A stretch of 64,000 nucleotides of DNA from Parcubacteria group bacterium GW2011_GWD2_42_14 (lineage in GTDB: Bacteria > Patescibacteriota > Minisyncoccia > Phycocordibacterales > UBA12088): positions 5,220 to 69,219 of the forward strand of contig LCCS01000007.1 in assembly GCA_000998045.1 (NCBI GenBank), in the 5' to 3' direction. Under the pieces are notes generated by a model, which was not told the origin of the DNA, did not search any database, and was given only the letters and a program-made list of their open reading frames with translations. The position numbers were made by a program, and so were the translations under genes. This document shows, one piece after another, positions 12,001 through 18,628 of this stretch. Position 1 is the stretch's first letter, and each line of letters opens with the position of its first letter.

Positions 12001-12394
12001 CTACCTGGTCTTCTTCAGATTCATTTAGAGGAGCATCATCAGATACTGTTTCAGTTTCTTCAGTCCCGTCTTCTTGTGTATCGTCTGCATTACCCTCTGT
12101 TATTTCTACATCTCCAGTCTCTGGTAACCCAGTATCGAGTATTCCCTCAGGGGTTACAATTACAAATGTGGAATTTGTGCGATTGAAATCATCAAAAATA
12201 GCTTGGGCACCAAGATTTTGTTCCAACGCCAAACCTTCTTTCATCCAACCATCACTTGCAACATTGGTAGGAAAAATATGTATAGTACGCTCTTCATCTG
12301 TAGCAAACACTGCTACGGTTATAGTGAAAATCACAAACAAAGCAACCGCGAGAGATAGCTTGTAACGTTTGAATATTTGAAAGGTAGCGTGCAT
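1..12394 (-). CDS. Giant secreted surface protein/adhesin, >4,100 aa, 3'-truncated by the window edge
   Basis: ATG at 12394 (alternative 12421) gives MHATFQIFKRYKLSLAVALFVIFTITVAVFA (signal peptide). The same frame read at ~9970 (LFAYFGNEQVTS), ~6870 (PHYRIWNGTAW), ~5050 (WRGYHN), ~3460 (PRYRMWNGTSW) and 1-30 (GNSVPSAT) is open. It is absent from the ORF track, consistent with no stop inside the window. Contains acidic linkers, Fn3-like YYWRVRA modules, propeller-like WNG repeats and beta-helix-like repeats. Confidence 0.9.
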   Translation of the reverse strand, partial: MHATFQIFKRYKLSLAVALFVIFTITVAVFATDEERTIHIFPTNVASDGWMKEGLALEQNLGAQAIFDDFNRTNSTFVIVTPEGILDTGLPETGDVEITEGNADDTQEDGTEETETVSDDAPLNESEEDQVENSEEEILPLPDISVGRYLLNVSRGFVGYTARAQDTGESTTEVGSQDESVEEPVLEESVEVSGEAEEGTEPVEGVEEVDSTENGEVSEGATSENQNTEGNTDDIIQAEEDVRVCQVLGIECHTIQFTGFDIGSVLSDFTVKGYELRISLAAQTLGESFTPDKLLVRYQYRGAWYVAGEILLDKTLSNYDNGGHFAFQLPNVQSWDALNDFRVELEYVRQGEVRTELFVDSVWIDTTYEAESVDQTLPEVSNILHELAVLEDSGRPDVLIENEKRIELTATEYVPGDELVLRSDFDVYNGLTTARAYIAVTNMSNREENFRLITRTGHQAQVMRLEERIKNVPTPNDTPVYSEVAYFCEAGWDLELSQNSADIENFQDKNISETEETFEPVEEVISSTEPEALVEGEHGEEPEGGDEMLVEEETGTLETEVLTPDPNEETEVVEDTSEVELTSTYTCRATGQTETCNSFNADKTNCIVGNDRINISETMVYENGWEPIPLLEVTDGGRSATSFFDRLFGNDEEENTPTLLTSIQEADRDFRIMPRETRYFAIDLEFEVQRAGEFVVEVEGDEADATRSMWWRSAFGYRMPVTFEAGESLDGDVPGLYEVRIDRTHSEFFERAALDGADVRFYDPATRKEVPSRPGDYSYVDQLATYMVELEREAFATRTLFAYFGNEQVTSASRLLAPQLTPEPIAYAGITKPSDGAVLSLVSEYENARVQSRDNEPITLVRGVSQALLVEGGEETLSSQGPLQVRLSGEELTAGVRDLLLSYPPDMHVEEVRYPEGGIEYRLARYKEVVVPTTLGAVEELPLPAVGVFESLLSKNLFDHINYLRNLQVPQLHDFREALKDFAIGEDITFSLKYRPQKGKFSRFWSGLFRDRLAQVTEVHLMRDGALVEDAHFEIVYGVEGEWTIHILEMPRELVPGKYTLALTVDETGTAYSDSFDFYWGVLVINTPQSVYKMDDLTKFHMAALDDKGDTICDAELRLTLTTPEGDAEEIRVEPQPTCGANNVTDDPDYLAWYRPHEVGKYGITLTHVNLDGEVVHQITDSFEVAESQSYIIERHGATRIWPKASYVMELAVTATADFVGEVVEAIPIDFELIDTGDAETTMWGRAKRLVWNVELQAGETQVFRYEYDAPDVSPYVYLLGPAEIRIGGQTAFIESRTWKLASDALGQYVEQFISITPSTTGAWTTIDLSGAPYNIPANAVIEMALINTDYGNELYAGVRHASSTLDRRFLLHEAETTGTGVEGMSEVTVHVTASASSSIQYYADSATLVTFRILGYWTDGVYVERFDTTDPSTTDDAWVNWDLNTYGLTQGDVAEIVMVNNQANTDFLAGVRTDGSALNRYIRLHEPETGGDTYATMFVQATTSTARVETYSDDDGPGIGTDVDFILSGYWDTMPTGLTYKESWSDLGGPTANTTWTDRRLDNLTVPPTGIAEVVFANNADANGAIELGVRTNGSSLGRVLDLHEAEGGSTGVTPSRMMVTAGSDASSTIEYYTESTAADNFYLAGYWSASNYPADEPILYNVPFDNEKTGSSTPYFEFSALDPDGATDIIYEIQWDDDADVATSPLGDRTSDNEAGCSPNCFTNTVSGGDTSPFTEGNRIRFTMQSALTTGTTYYWRVRAKDIGSGIYGEWSDILSFTYVENTSPKAWIQTEDTQFDQGTLSGTETYGANKVRLATTPPVGAMVAYGSNTNTSPHYRIWNGTAWSASSSALSVGGQISWTTLRAATTRNEYILATQDTGGDVNVQIYNGTTGTWGNLWEVTPTVGSPAYKAFDVQYQTQSGNAVVAYCDGNQDPSYAVWNGTAWSATSTIDLTFTQNCEWLAMAADPSSDELIMVARANVAQANPDYEAQVYDPVAGSWGSSYTGGAGDEAAREGIAIGYEESGTNAVIVISNGQNGNFAYNSWDGSSWGTGGTVGLGDDFEWGQVASDNGTDDMALCYIDEDDDMGTVFWNGTTNTWGAYREHDTEGDVGVADADAHGRPISCQYETTAGRDGYHLVAYSNTVNAEYNYFTGSVWQYLVNSGASISSVEDSWTVNTTRTGDGKILAVFHDNTNTRYDFSAWDGSSWTTKTTIDDYPSRTAEPWYEPISIAAQQYQASVGSIVSTIVDFDLVIGQPSWGEVIWNTTEPVGTNATLQVYYATTTAACNVLVPDAVLSGNSTGFDATASPLNLSGLSTSTYNMLCIKTNLTSTVAQTPTLDDWSLSWERQPYLSENKYRWYTNVDSLSPSDVWPVGSDAVDESTPIPATFAPSFGSVLRLRLSILDTNVSLSASSIEVKLQWAEGVTCSSDMVWTDVGDIGSSEPWRGYHNNGVSDGTTLSSTLLSTSDTVESYEESNPAVSNPNGITTGNEGEWDFVLEHNATSSTNYCFRAIHTDGTELSAYNTYPQLITNAPPTKPLHEAPFDNQALASTTPWFEFVAEDVKLDDLHYQIQVDDDITFGSTIIDMNSSDDFTAFTNLTTPSDKSPFNAGENVRLVPTTALSNGTTYWWRVRARDPSGSGEWGEWSDSTSLTISSVTETTWFQTTLNQFDTDTHEQTEATSTDSIVLTPPNTTGTTTSSAIDYEWGTQGNAWGSLSWSDTETASDLKYKLEYNNAGTWELIPDGALAGNSAGFDNSSVSLLGLDPTVYNELRIVAVFTNAGASPSLQSWTLSWGYAVEQPTLLTLFDNEKVGTTTPSFTFYSTDPETNDLVYEISWSTDATFLTGSTTRSSDTHAGFTNTSSTTDTTPFFDGDTIRFVIQSGDAVTNGSTYWWRVRARDPGGADVWSVWSPQRSFTVDTAVTSSTWHQTTDEQLDTDTLNSTEASGVDTARITSVVRDVLLVYAEGVLQTPRYRMWNGTSWGTEKSASNIGERMYWARTAPASTRDEYVLVTGGVSGAVKAQVYTAVTQTWSAPVSLATLASAVRRGFDVAYETDSGDALAVSCWGSEATYSVWNGVSWSATTTINLASTQNCEWIELASDPESDEIIMTARANPAEATYDFEAQVWNGSGWGNSTRQGAMEAADVENIGMDIAYEGSGGDAVFVTSNNTNANFHSRTWNGSSWSATSSVALADDLETPKIVQDVGSDNLAMCYVANNNGLYFTRWTGSAWGAVTQISIDSNSKDGGHSFDCTYETTSGRDGYLLFPYTDTITGFYRYWDTATLQPETALSTFTDSWAVQTVRAGDGVVLVASWDDANTNIDVSHWNGSVWATRQTLETNVSALATANVPMHMSARKYPSVTSGSVISSPINFYDGEGPRWDLLSWNDTTPGTSDILYQIEYSTDSGDSWTLVPDGVLAGNSAGFTTGPVAMENMPYTTYNLIRVNASFACSAGDCPTLSDWTVTWSEGVTVSGTAKQYDQTTNVTSGTVAVAVNGVLQSGKTGTIGGGGTWSIANVTAFPGDTIMVFIDGASDASEAAAVTAYDGVGNVTNIPLYERHLTLGSDDATTTTNALIGLYDYSVSGDEDVFFDVDIGNDLYVCASASGTCGDVELIVRSNFAYRPDSSNSGTLYAHDVEINGTITPDNNTLYVSGSWDNNGTFTAGGSTVIFTATSTNELVDATGASASSFNTVTFGQTSGTALFTLGGIFDVEASVSVAYGTLYASSASLYIGGNLSLSNGTTFLKGIGTTTFDGSVVGVITDSTVSKQDLGKVHINGSSKIVRLGAPAKLTYLTIEIGNTFDVSATNYALEVVGDFVNRGNFSSRSGTVTFSATTTGHVIDSGTSAWYNITANGVGGNWAFVPSQVTIGGNLTVATGTLTLTVGTTTVSGNITNSGGVFVHNNGTVELIGSGAKTLYQNNSPFFNVTVNGTGSWSWTDQNATSSGSMRLQNGTLTYPAETLTIGKSLVTTGGTINANGGTLRFTSPTIETISTNGSALFNVIVSGEGGSFAFTDTNLTASGTVRFLAGTSTLPTGVFTVGGSFETTGGTWNSNGGTVLFNSTATGRTVSTGQNTFAHVTFNSATGGWTIQTNATSTGNWSITNASSFTVESGNSVAVGGTFGNSVPSAT

Positions 12395-12811
12395 CAAAAT
12401 ACCAAAAGAGCCCCAACTCATGGGAACATCTAGGTCATATACATTATTGCACAAAAATGGCTTAAAATATCTAAAAAAGTCATATATAACGCCATATACT
12501 GTGGATAGCATTTACAATTTTAAACAAAACTCACCCCGCATTTTAGGCTCTGGGTAGAAAAGCCTCTACACGTTCGTACAATCGTTTGTAGTAGAAGTAT
12601 TTTTCGATCAGCTCTCCCCCCGTGCAATAAGAGTACCCGCACTCATGACTGATACCATAGTGTGTCCAGTTTACGTAGATCCACATGTATGCAAGTTTCG
12701 CAATAGAGTATCGCAAAAAGCAAGGGTACTTTTTCTCATAACCCATAGTCTTATCACCTTACCACACACCTTGGCGTCGACGTCGGTGTATACCTGTTGT
12801 GCCGAACATTT

Positions 12812-12986
12812 GGACCCACATAAGCGGATGCAGTTCGAGGCGCACAGGCAAAATACTGCGAGGCGTACAGCAGTACGATGAGTAGTATTTTGTGTAGTGC
12901 AACAAAGAAATGCGACCAATTTTTCTTATGAGCTTTGCGAATTAGAAAAATGAAGTACTCTTGTGGTGCGCCGTTTATGTGGGTCC
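12812..12986. mobile_element. 120-bp palindromic element (family P) with nested ~56-bp insert
   Basis: TIRs GGACCCACATAAGCGG/CCGTTTATGTGGGTCC. Core GGATGCAGTTCGAGGCG...GTAC...GTACG...GAAATGCG is shared with copies at 22778, 24337, 24557 and 56817. Confidence 0.85.
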
Positions 12987-12990
12987 AAAC

Positions 12991-14469
12991 CTACTTGAGG
13001 AGCTTGCGAACATCCTCCACCTCCTTATCAATAAGTTCTTCAGAAATATCCAATGCGTCTTTAAGTCCTTCGAGAATTGTTCTCTCCGTATCAGTCATGT
13101 TGGGTTTGTGCGATAGCTCAAGCACCTTCTCCTCAATTTCATCTCTAAGGACTCCAAAAATATTAATAAGTCTGTCTCCAACCTCAGCTGTTTCTCTTTT
13201 AATATGATCTTTTTCTTCATGAAAACGACGTCGCTCTTGAATTAACATCGTAATAACGATTGCAAGCGCACCCATAAAGAGAAGTGATACCCAATATATA
13301 GCCCCGAAGCCACTCTCCTTAATAGCATTTGGGTCCACCTCTTCAACCTTGGTTCCCGTTACAGTAACGGGGGCCTCGGCTGAGCGTTCATTGCCAGCGA
13401 AGTCGACAGCTGTAACACCTATCGTATGGTCTCCCGGATCCAAGTTGGTAATCGTATACCCGCCTGAGACTAGCTCGTTGGGCTGAACATCGCGTGGACT
13501 TTCTCCGTCTATCACAACACGATACAGTTCTACACCCGAAAGCGAGTCTTGTGCTTCAAATCGTATTTGTGCCGTTAAGTCTCCACCTACTGCAGTTACC
13601 CCAAACTCATCTGGTGGTGTGGTGTCAATTTGCAGTTTGTACGAAGTTGAACTTCCCCACCCTCCTCGATTTAAGTATTCCGCAGTGAAGTACCACGTAC
13701 CGTCCGTTATCCCCGTTTTACTCCATTCACCTACGGGCGGTTCATGTTTCTCAGTCGACGTCGCATCAGGAACATCTCCAAACGCAAACCGAACTCCAAG
13801 AACCCCATAGGGAATATCCCACGTGAATTTCGCATCTGATTTGTTATACCACACACCCTGTTCTGGATGCGTAGGACTTGAGATATCAGGAGCATCCGGT
13901 GGTGGGATTTTGGTATTTCTTTCTTGTGTAGGGGTGGTGGGCGGAGTAACTGGATCAGGTGGCTTGGCTGAAGCAGGGGTGACAGTAAATGTCGCTCCCG
14001 CAGAACCCGAAAGTACGTCCTGCCCTGCACCCGCAAGTAGGGTGGATTTTGTAAATTCAACTTTAGCAGAACCTTCTGCTTTTGCCTTAAAGGTAATGGT
14101 TGCGACTGCTTTTGAGCCAGAAATAGCCGTTGTACCACCTCCAGAAAACGTAATAGTCCCACCACTTATTTTTGGTTCAACTACCCAAAGATTAAAAGGT
14201 GAACCCTCTTTTGATACTGATACAGCGGTAAGCTTGCTCGTGTCGTAGGTAATAGTCGCTTCACCCGTGTTGACCGCATCAGTACCCGCATTGACCATGA
14301 CCTTTACAGCAAAAGTTTTACCAACCTCGAAACTGCCGTCTGCTGGTGAGAGTAGGTAGCTTGCAGCCAGAGAAACCTGTGGCACAGTGAGGCCGACAAG
14401 CGAACACATAAAAAACAGAAAGAAGAGTTTCTGTCTAAAATTTGGTAATGTGAAAAAAGCCTCGCTCAT
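12991..14469 (-). CDS. Cohesin-domain protein with Ig/Fn3-like domains, C-terminal TM helix and cytoplasmic coiled coil
   Basis: Signal peptide, then LSPADGSFEVGKTFAVKVMVNAG...EATITYD...SPFNLW (cohesin-like), a Pro/Thr linker and TM IYWVSLLFMGALAIVITMLI. Likely start MSEAFF at 14469 rather than 14529. Confidence 0.8.
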   Translation of the reverse strand: MSEAFFTLPNFRQKLFFLFFMCSLVGLTVPQVSLAASYLLSPADGSFEVGKTFAVKVMVNAGTDAVNTGEATITYDTSKLTAVSVSKEGSPFNLWVVEPKISGGTITFSGGGTTAISGSKAVATITFKAKAEGSAKVEFTKSTLLAGAGQDVLSGSAGATFTVTPASAKPPDPVTPPTTPTQERNTKIPPPDAPDISSPTHPEQGVWYNKSDAKFTWDIPYGVLGVRFAFGDVPDATSTEKHEPPVGEWSKTGITDGTWYFTAEYLNRGGWGSSTSYKLQIDTTPPDEFGVTAVGGDLTAQIRFEAQDSLSGVELYRVVIDGESPRDVQPNELVSGGYTITNLDPGDHTIGVTAVDFAGNERSAEAPVTVTGTKVEEVDPNAIKESGFGAIYWVSLLFMGALAIVITMLIQERRRFHEEKDHIKRETAEVGDRLINIFGVLRDEIEEKVLELSHKPNMTDTERTILEGLKDALDISEELIDKEVEDVRKLLK

Positions 14470-14494
14470 GCTCAATGTTTGCGAGCGAGGAATC

Positions 14495-14992
14495 TTATTG
14501 TAGACCCTGCGCTCCGTGATCGTCTGCACGTACTACATTCAAACGAAGTCCTTTCCCTTGCTTACCAATGAGTGGCAAACGTAGTGCCAATACGCCATCT
14601 TTTGTTTTTGCCTCTGCTCGTTCAGGATCTATCTCATCCGGAAGAATTATTTGTCTGTAAAAATCCCCCCAATGGCATTCCTCGAGAGTAAAATCACCAT
14701 TTTGTGAGGCGTGTGATTCGTGCATGAGCTGTTCTGGACGAAGGGCCGAACCTTGAATACTTACCACGTCGTTGTCTCCTGCAATAGAAACGTCCAAGGT
14801 CTGCATATCCATACCTGCAAGTTGTGCATAGATGACTATTTCTGTATCAGATTGAAACACATCGACAGGAAGCTGAAGTGCGTGACCAGGAAGTACTGGC
14901 TGTGAACTTTTAGCTGACGCTGAGGCATCTACAAGCTGGCCTTCTTTGTCAACAAGACCTTTCCCTTTTAGTTTATCCATAAAAGTACCCAT
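14495..14992 (-). CDS. Hsp20/alpha-crystallin small heat-shock protein
   Basis: LPVDVFQSDTEIVIYAQLAG...ECHWGDFYRQIILP...AEAKTKDGVLALRLP. Confidence 0.9.
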   Translation of the reverse strand: MGTFMDKLKGKGLVDKEGQLVDASASAKSSQPVLPGHALQLPVDVFQSDTEIVIYAQLAGMDMQTLDVSIAGDNDVVSIQGSALRPEQLMHESHASQNGDFTLEECHWGDFYRQIILPDEIDPERAEAKTKDGVLALRLPLIGKQGKGLRLNVVRADDHGAQGLQ

Positions 14993-15138
14993 AAGAAATG
15001 AACTATGACTAATGAACTACTAATGCGATGTGATGGCGACCCCTCTTAGAGTAGCAACTGCATTCGTAAGAACAGTATACCACCACTTATGCATGAAAAA
15101 TAAAAAAGTGCTGAGGGTAAAATGGGGATAAAGAAAAA

Positions 15139-15188
15139 GAGTTACCGAGTTGCGAGTAAAGCGAGTATCGAGTTAACGAGTTACGAGT
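15139..15188. repeat. Imperfect 7-8-nt CGAGT(T) tandem array
   Basis: gagttaccgagttgcgagtaaagcgagtatcgagttaacgagttacgagt; reverse-orientation arrays at ~29228-29262 and ~63466-63524. Confidence 0.6.
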
Positions 15189-15219
15189 GTCGATGAAGAT
15201 AGCAAAGAAAAACATCGCA

Positions 15220-15344
15220 CAGAACTTTTGTTTTTGAGTGAATATCGAGGCACCAAGGAGTCATGTTTACGAGTCGTATTATCTATACGATGAGAAAACT
15301 GACGACGCAGGTAACAAAGATATTCGCCAAAAACAGAAGTTCTG
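15220..15344. mobile_element. Divergent relative of the 120-bp palindromic family
   Basis: TIR CAGAACTTTTGTTTTTG/CAAAAACAGAAGTTCTG. Internal TCGAGGC...CGAG.CGTA...TACGATGAG...AACAAAGA matches the family P layout. Ends 1 bp from the stop of the dockerin gene. Confidence 0.65.
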
Positions 15345-15345
15345 G

Positions 15346-17214
15346 TTAGCCTGTCCAGTAGAATAGAAGTATAGAAAAGTCCGGTAGCGAGACCGTTCCG
15401 TCTTTGTTTACATCCGCTTCAACACTTGCAGTGTTCCAGTTAAAAAGAAGTATAGAAAAGTCGATTAAGTTTACCGAATCGTCACAGTTTAAATCTCCTC
15501 GACTCAGACAATCATCATCAGCAACCGTAACACCTAACCCTATTGTTTTTCTGGCACTTTTATCGCTCTCCACAAGGCCGTTTGGCATTTTCCCTTGTGC
15601 GACAAACTCATAGGTCCCCTTAGGAAGTTTCAGAGTAGGTATAGTGATAGTCCATGCTCCACTTCCATCTGCGGTAGTTGTACTCACAATATCTGCTGTA
15701 GAAACCTCAGCAAGCTTTGGACGTAGCCATGTCGTAAGCACTGCTTGTGGTGCAGAGTATCCCGTTACAACGAGGGGTGTCCCAGGCGATATGGAAGCTT
15801 CAGCCACAGACACCGTTGGAGGCAACATAATGTTATTGAGAGAGTTAAGGGTGTTTGTTTGTAGCCATAGTGTGGTTGAGAAGGTAGCACTGCGTACACC
15901 TTTGCTGTCTACTGCATAAATGCCAAACGAGTACGATCCTCGATCAAGACCTTCTGTTTTGTCACTAAATTCTCCACCTCCTCCTGCTCCCTTCGTAGTT
16001 ATGGTGACACCGTCCCTGAGGAACGAAACGGTAGCCCCAGGGTACGCCCATCCTTCTATACTTACATCAGCTTGAGGAAGCTTGGTACCTGTACCATCGT
16101 CTCCACCCCCGCTCGAACTACCTCCACCACCATCTCCGCCAGCAGGGCTTGTACCACTCCCTGACCCCGTAGAACCGCCTCCTGTACCGACATCGTCTCC
16201 TGTCCCTGATCCACCCTGCACCGTTGTCGAAGAAACTCCCGTGCCCGTGCCCGTGCCCGTCGTCGTGGCTGTCGACGTCGCACTTCCTGGCATGAGACCT
16301 ATAGTAAACGAGAGTTCGTAATCCGGATCCATTTCGTTTTCTCGGAAGTCCACACATCGGAGAAAGTAGTCGTACGTCGTGTCGTCTTCAAGATTGCTCA
16401 CTTGTGCAAAATGCCACTTAACAAGTCCTGAGGAAGTGCCTGTGAAGGAATATGGCATCAGGTCATACGCCATACTTGAGGTTGCAAAACGACAGTAAGC
16501 AGCTTCATCGGTAGTTACAAACATTTCTACTGCTCGGGTACCAACCTGTAACAGTCCGGTAGGCACCGCCGACAAAATAACTGGGGGTATTTGGTCAGTC
16601 GTATCGACTGGTCCGGCTGTCACCTGATCAACTATAGCTATCATAGTGCGCCCATAGTCCAGCTCGACATCACTGGTATTGTATGTGTACACTGTCACGG
16701 GGTATGAGCTAGTCGCAGCACTTAACTGTGCTTGCACATCTCCAGTAGCACCATACTGAGCATTCGTGCCTATTTCTACCACTACTTCGTTATTAGCAGG
16801 TATGCCAAGGGAGGTATTTAGATCAAAACGTATCTTCCCTGCACTTCCACTCGTGACCGTCACATCATCAGTACCAGCTGTTTGTATGGAGGATAGTGGT
16901 CTCTCGGTGTACGGTCCCCCTGGAACTGCGGAGAAAGCTATATCGACGTCGGAAAAGTTCAGCGTTGCCGGCAATATAATTCCACCCTCATCAAAAACTA
17001 TTTCTATGGCGCCATTGGCAGGAACTGCTTGCGTCAGAGTAAATGTAATCTTTTGATTCGTGTACGCACTTGGGGCGCTGGTCGAGAGCAAGTCGCTAAT
17101 GCGCGTGAGGTAGCTCGTCGCATACACCCTAGAAACAAAAGTAAGTAGTACACATACAACAACCAATCCAAAAATACTTTTGTGAAATTGTGGTGTGATT
17201 TTAAAATGTTCCAT
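15346..17214 (-). CDS. Secreted dockerin protein with pilin-like N-domain, Gly/Thr/Ser linker and Ig domains
   Basis: C-terminal duplicated Ca-binding repeat GDLNCDDSVNLIDFSILLFNW / ADVNKDGTVSLPDFSILLFYW; signal peptide; N-domain similar to 20371-20973. Confidence 0.85.
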   Translation of the reverse strand: MEHFKITPQFHKSIFGLVVVCVLLTFVSRVYATSYLTRISDLLSTSAPSAYTNQKITFTLTQAVPANGAIEIVFDEGGIILPATLNFSDVDIAFSAVPGGPYTERPLSSIQTAGTDDVTVTSGSAGKIRFDLNTSLGIPANNEVVVEIGTNAQYGATGDVQAQLSAATSSYPVTVYTYNTSDVELDYGRTMIAIVDQVTAGPVDTTDQIPPVILSAVPTGLLQVGTRAVEMFVTTDEAAYCRFATSSMAYDLMPYSFTGTSSGLVKWHFAQVSNLEDDTTYDYFLRCVDFRENEMDPDYELSFTIGLMPGSATSTATTTGTGTGTGVSSTTVQGGSGTGDDVGTGGGSTGSGSGTSPAGGDGGGGSSSGGGDDGTGTKLPQADVSIEGWAYPGATVSFLRDGVTITTKGAGGGGEFSDKTEGLDRGSYSFGIYAVDSKGVRSATFSTTLWLQTNTLNSLNNIMLPPTVSVAEASISPGTPLVVTGYSAPQAVLTTWLRPKLAEVSTADIVSTTTADGSGAWTITIPTLKLPKGTYEFVAQGKMPNGLVESDKSARKTIGLGVTVADDDCLSRGDLNCDDSVNLIDFSILLFNWNTASVEADVNKDGTVSLPDFSILLFYWTG

Positions 17215-17222
17215 GTATCTAC

Positions 17223-18055
17223 TTATTTGCTCTCAACTGACACAACACATCTGAATCCCAATGCATCACCATTAAAGGTTTCGGGACTTGCCGCATAGGT
17301 AGCATATAACCCTGCATCATCATAGTTATTGAAATAGCCTCCACGCATAATTCCCGCCTCAATGTTTGAGTCTGTCCAAAATCTATCATTAAAATAATTT
17401 GCACTTTTTTCTGTCCCAGTCGTATATGCCAGACAAACCCTGATTCGGGAAGAATGGAGTTTTGATACATACCGAGAGCAACCGTACCTTCTACCCACTC
17501 CCACACGTTTCCTATCATATCGTATGCACCCGCAGATGAAATGCATCGCGTTCCACTGCCTGTTTCAGAAACTCCCTCTGCCCTGTTGTGTGCAACATTG
17601 CAATCTTCTTCGTTCCAGCCACTCGCCTCATCGGGTGTGCCAAACGCTGCAACAAACCATTCGTTAGGTGTCGGTAGTCGTTTACCCGCTTGTGCGCACG
17701 CGCGCTCTGCAAGCTCTCGCGTTACATGTCTCCATGGTATACGCTCTTTTCTAGCAACAGGTATACACGTAGTGTTTGAAAGGTTAAACATTGATTCATC
17801 GATATTTTTGGGATCTTGATAGAAGCACGCCTCATGTGCAGACACCTCGTACACATCAATACAGAAAGGATTAAGTGTTTTTGAGATGTACACCATATTG
17901 TCAGGACATGAACCCTGAAATGGTCGCGTAGAAAACAGCAAACCACCAAGTAACGTGTGGTACTGGTCGCGAAAGTCAAAAGCATTCACAGCAAGTGTGG
18001 CGAGAAGCGTTGAACCCACAACGACCGCTATGGTCTTTGCCAGATTTCTAAGCAT
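17223..18055 (-). pseudogene. FGE-sulfatase (SUMF1/C-type-lectin fold) protein, frameshifted near 17430
   Basis: CPDNMV, FCIDVYE, CAQAGKRLPT, YDMIGNVWEWV lie in one frame. RGGYFNN...LGFRCV lies in another frame ending at 17223. Confidence 0.75.
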
Positions 18056-18088
18056 GATGTATAGGATGGAAATGCACCCTATATCAGT

Positions 18089-18134
18089 ATTCTATCATCG
18101 AAATGGCCTATCCCTTTCCTGATGCAGTGGATAG
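18089..18134 (-). promoter_or_regulatory. Extended -10 (TGnTAGAAT) with upstream DnaA-box-like 9-mer CTATCCACT
   Basis: -10 at 18089-18094, box at 18126-18134, 31-bp gap. Confidence 0.5.
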
Positions 18135-18135
18135 A

Positions 18136-18250
18136 AAAGTTGAAAGTTAAATGTTTAAAGTTAAAAGTTAAATGCACCTCGCCTTCGGCGAACACAATCC
18201 CGCACATGCGGGATTGTGAACTTTCAACTTTAAACTTTCAACATTTAACT
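18136..18250. repeat. Heptad-arm inverted element with GC hairpin core
   Basis: (AAAGTTR)n arm, CACAATCCCGCACATGCGGGATTGTG, then (AACTTTY)n arm; same layout at 58434-58533. Confidence 0.7.
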
Positions 18251-18610
18251 CACTAGTGATTTTCGTCTCTTTGAATCAAGATAAAAGTTCATTAAGATAA
18301 GTCCCAAGAGACCACTACCCATGAGCGTGATAAGAAGTAGCACTTTTCTATCGCCTGAACCTTGTGATGTGGTAAGAGCAAGCTCACGAGCATCAAGCAT
18401 CTTCTCTCTTTCATCTAACTGTGCTACAAGAGTATTCACACCATTCTCCTCTACGCCAGCATACACACCGACAGTGTTTGCGGTCAAATCAGAATCTTGT
18501 TGAAGTGCAATACTCCAACTCTGCCCGAGAAGTAGTGCAAAGGCTGAAAACAATACAAGAGTCGTATTAAGGAGAAGTTTGATTTCTCTCTTTGAGTATA
18601 ACCAAAACAT
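18245..18610 (-). CDS. Small two-TM protein with central coiled coil
   Basis: Hydrophobic N- and C-segments; NTLVAQLDEREKMLDARE; GGAGG 1 nt before the ATG; in operon. Confidence 0.75.
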   Translation of the reverse strand: MFWLYSKREIKLLLNTTLVLFSAFALLLGQSWSIALQQDSDLTANTVGVYAGVEENGVNTLVAQLDEREKMLDARELALTTSQGSGDRKVLLLITLMGSGLLGLILMNFYLDSKRRKSLVS

Positions 18611-18628
18611 ACCTCCACTGTAGAACTC

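Noticed and set aside
204-12365. Many plus-strand ORFs of 60-220 aa (also across 29816-40545)
   Set aside because: Antisense shadows of the giant minus-strand genes, with Val/Pro/Ser-biased and motif-less translations.
16082-16290. GC-rich CCCGTG hexamer run as a regulatory or mobile repeat
   Set aside because: Encodes the Thr-Gly/Gly-Ser linker of the dockerin protein.
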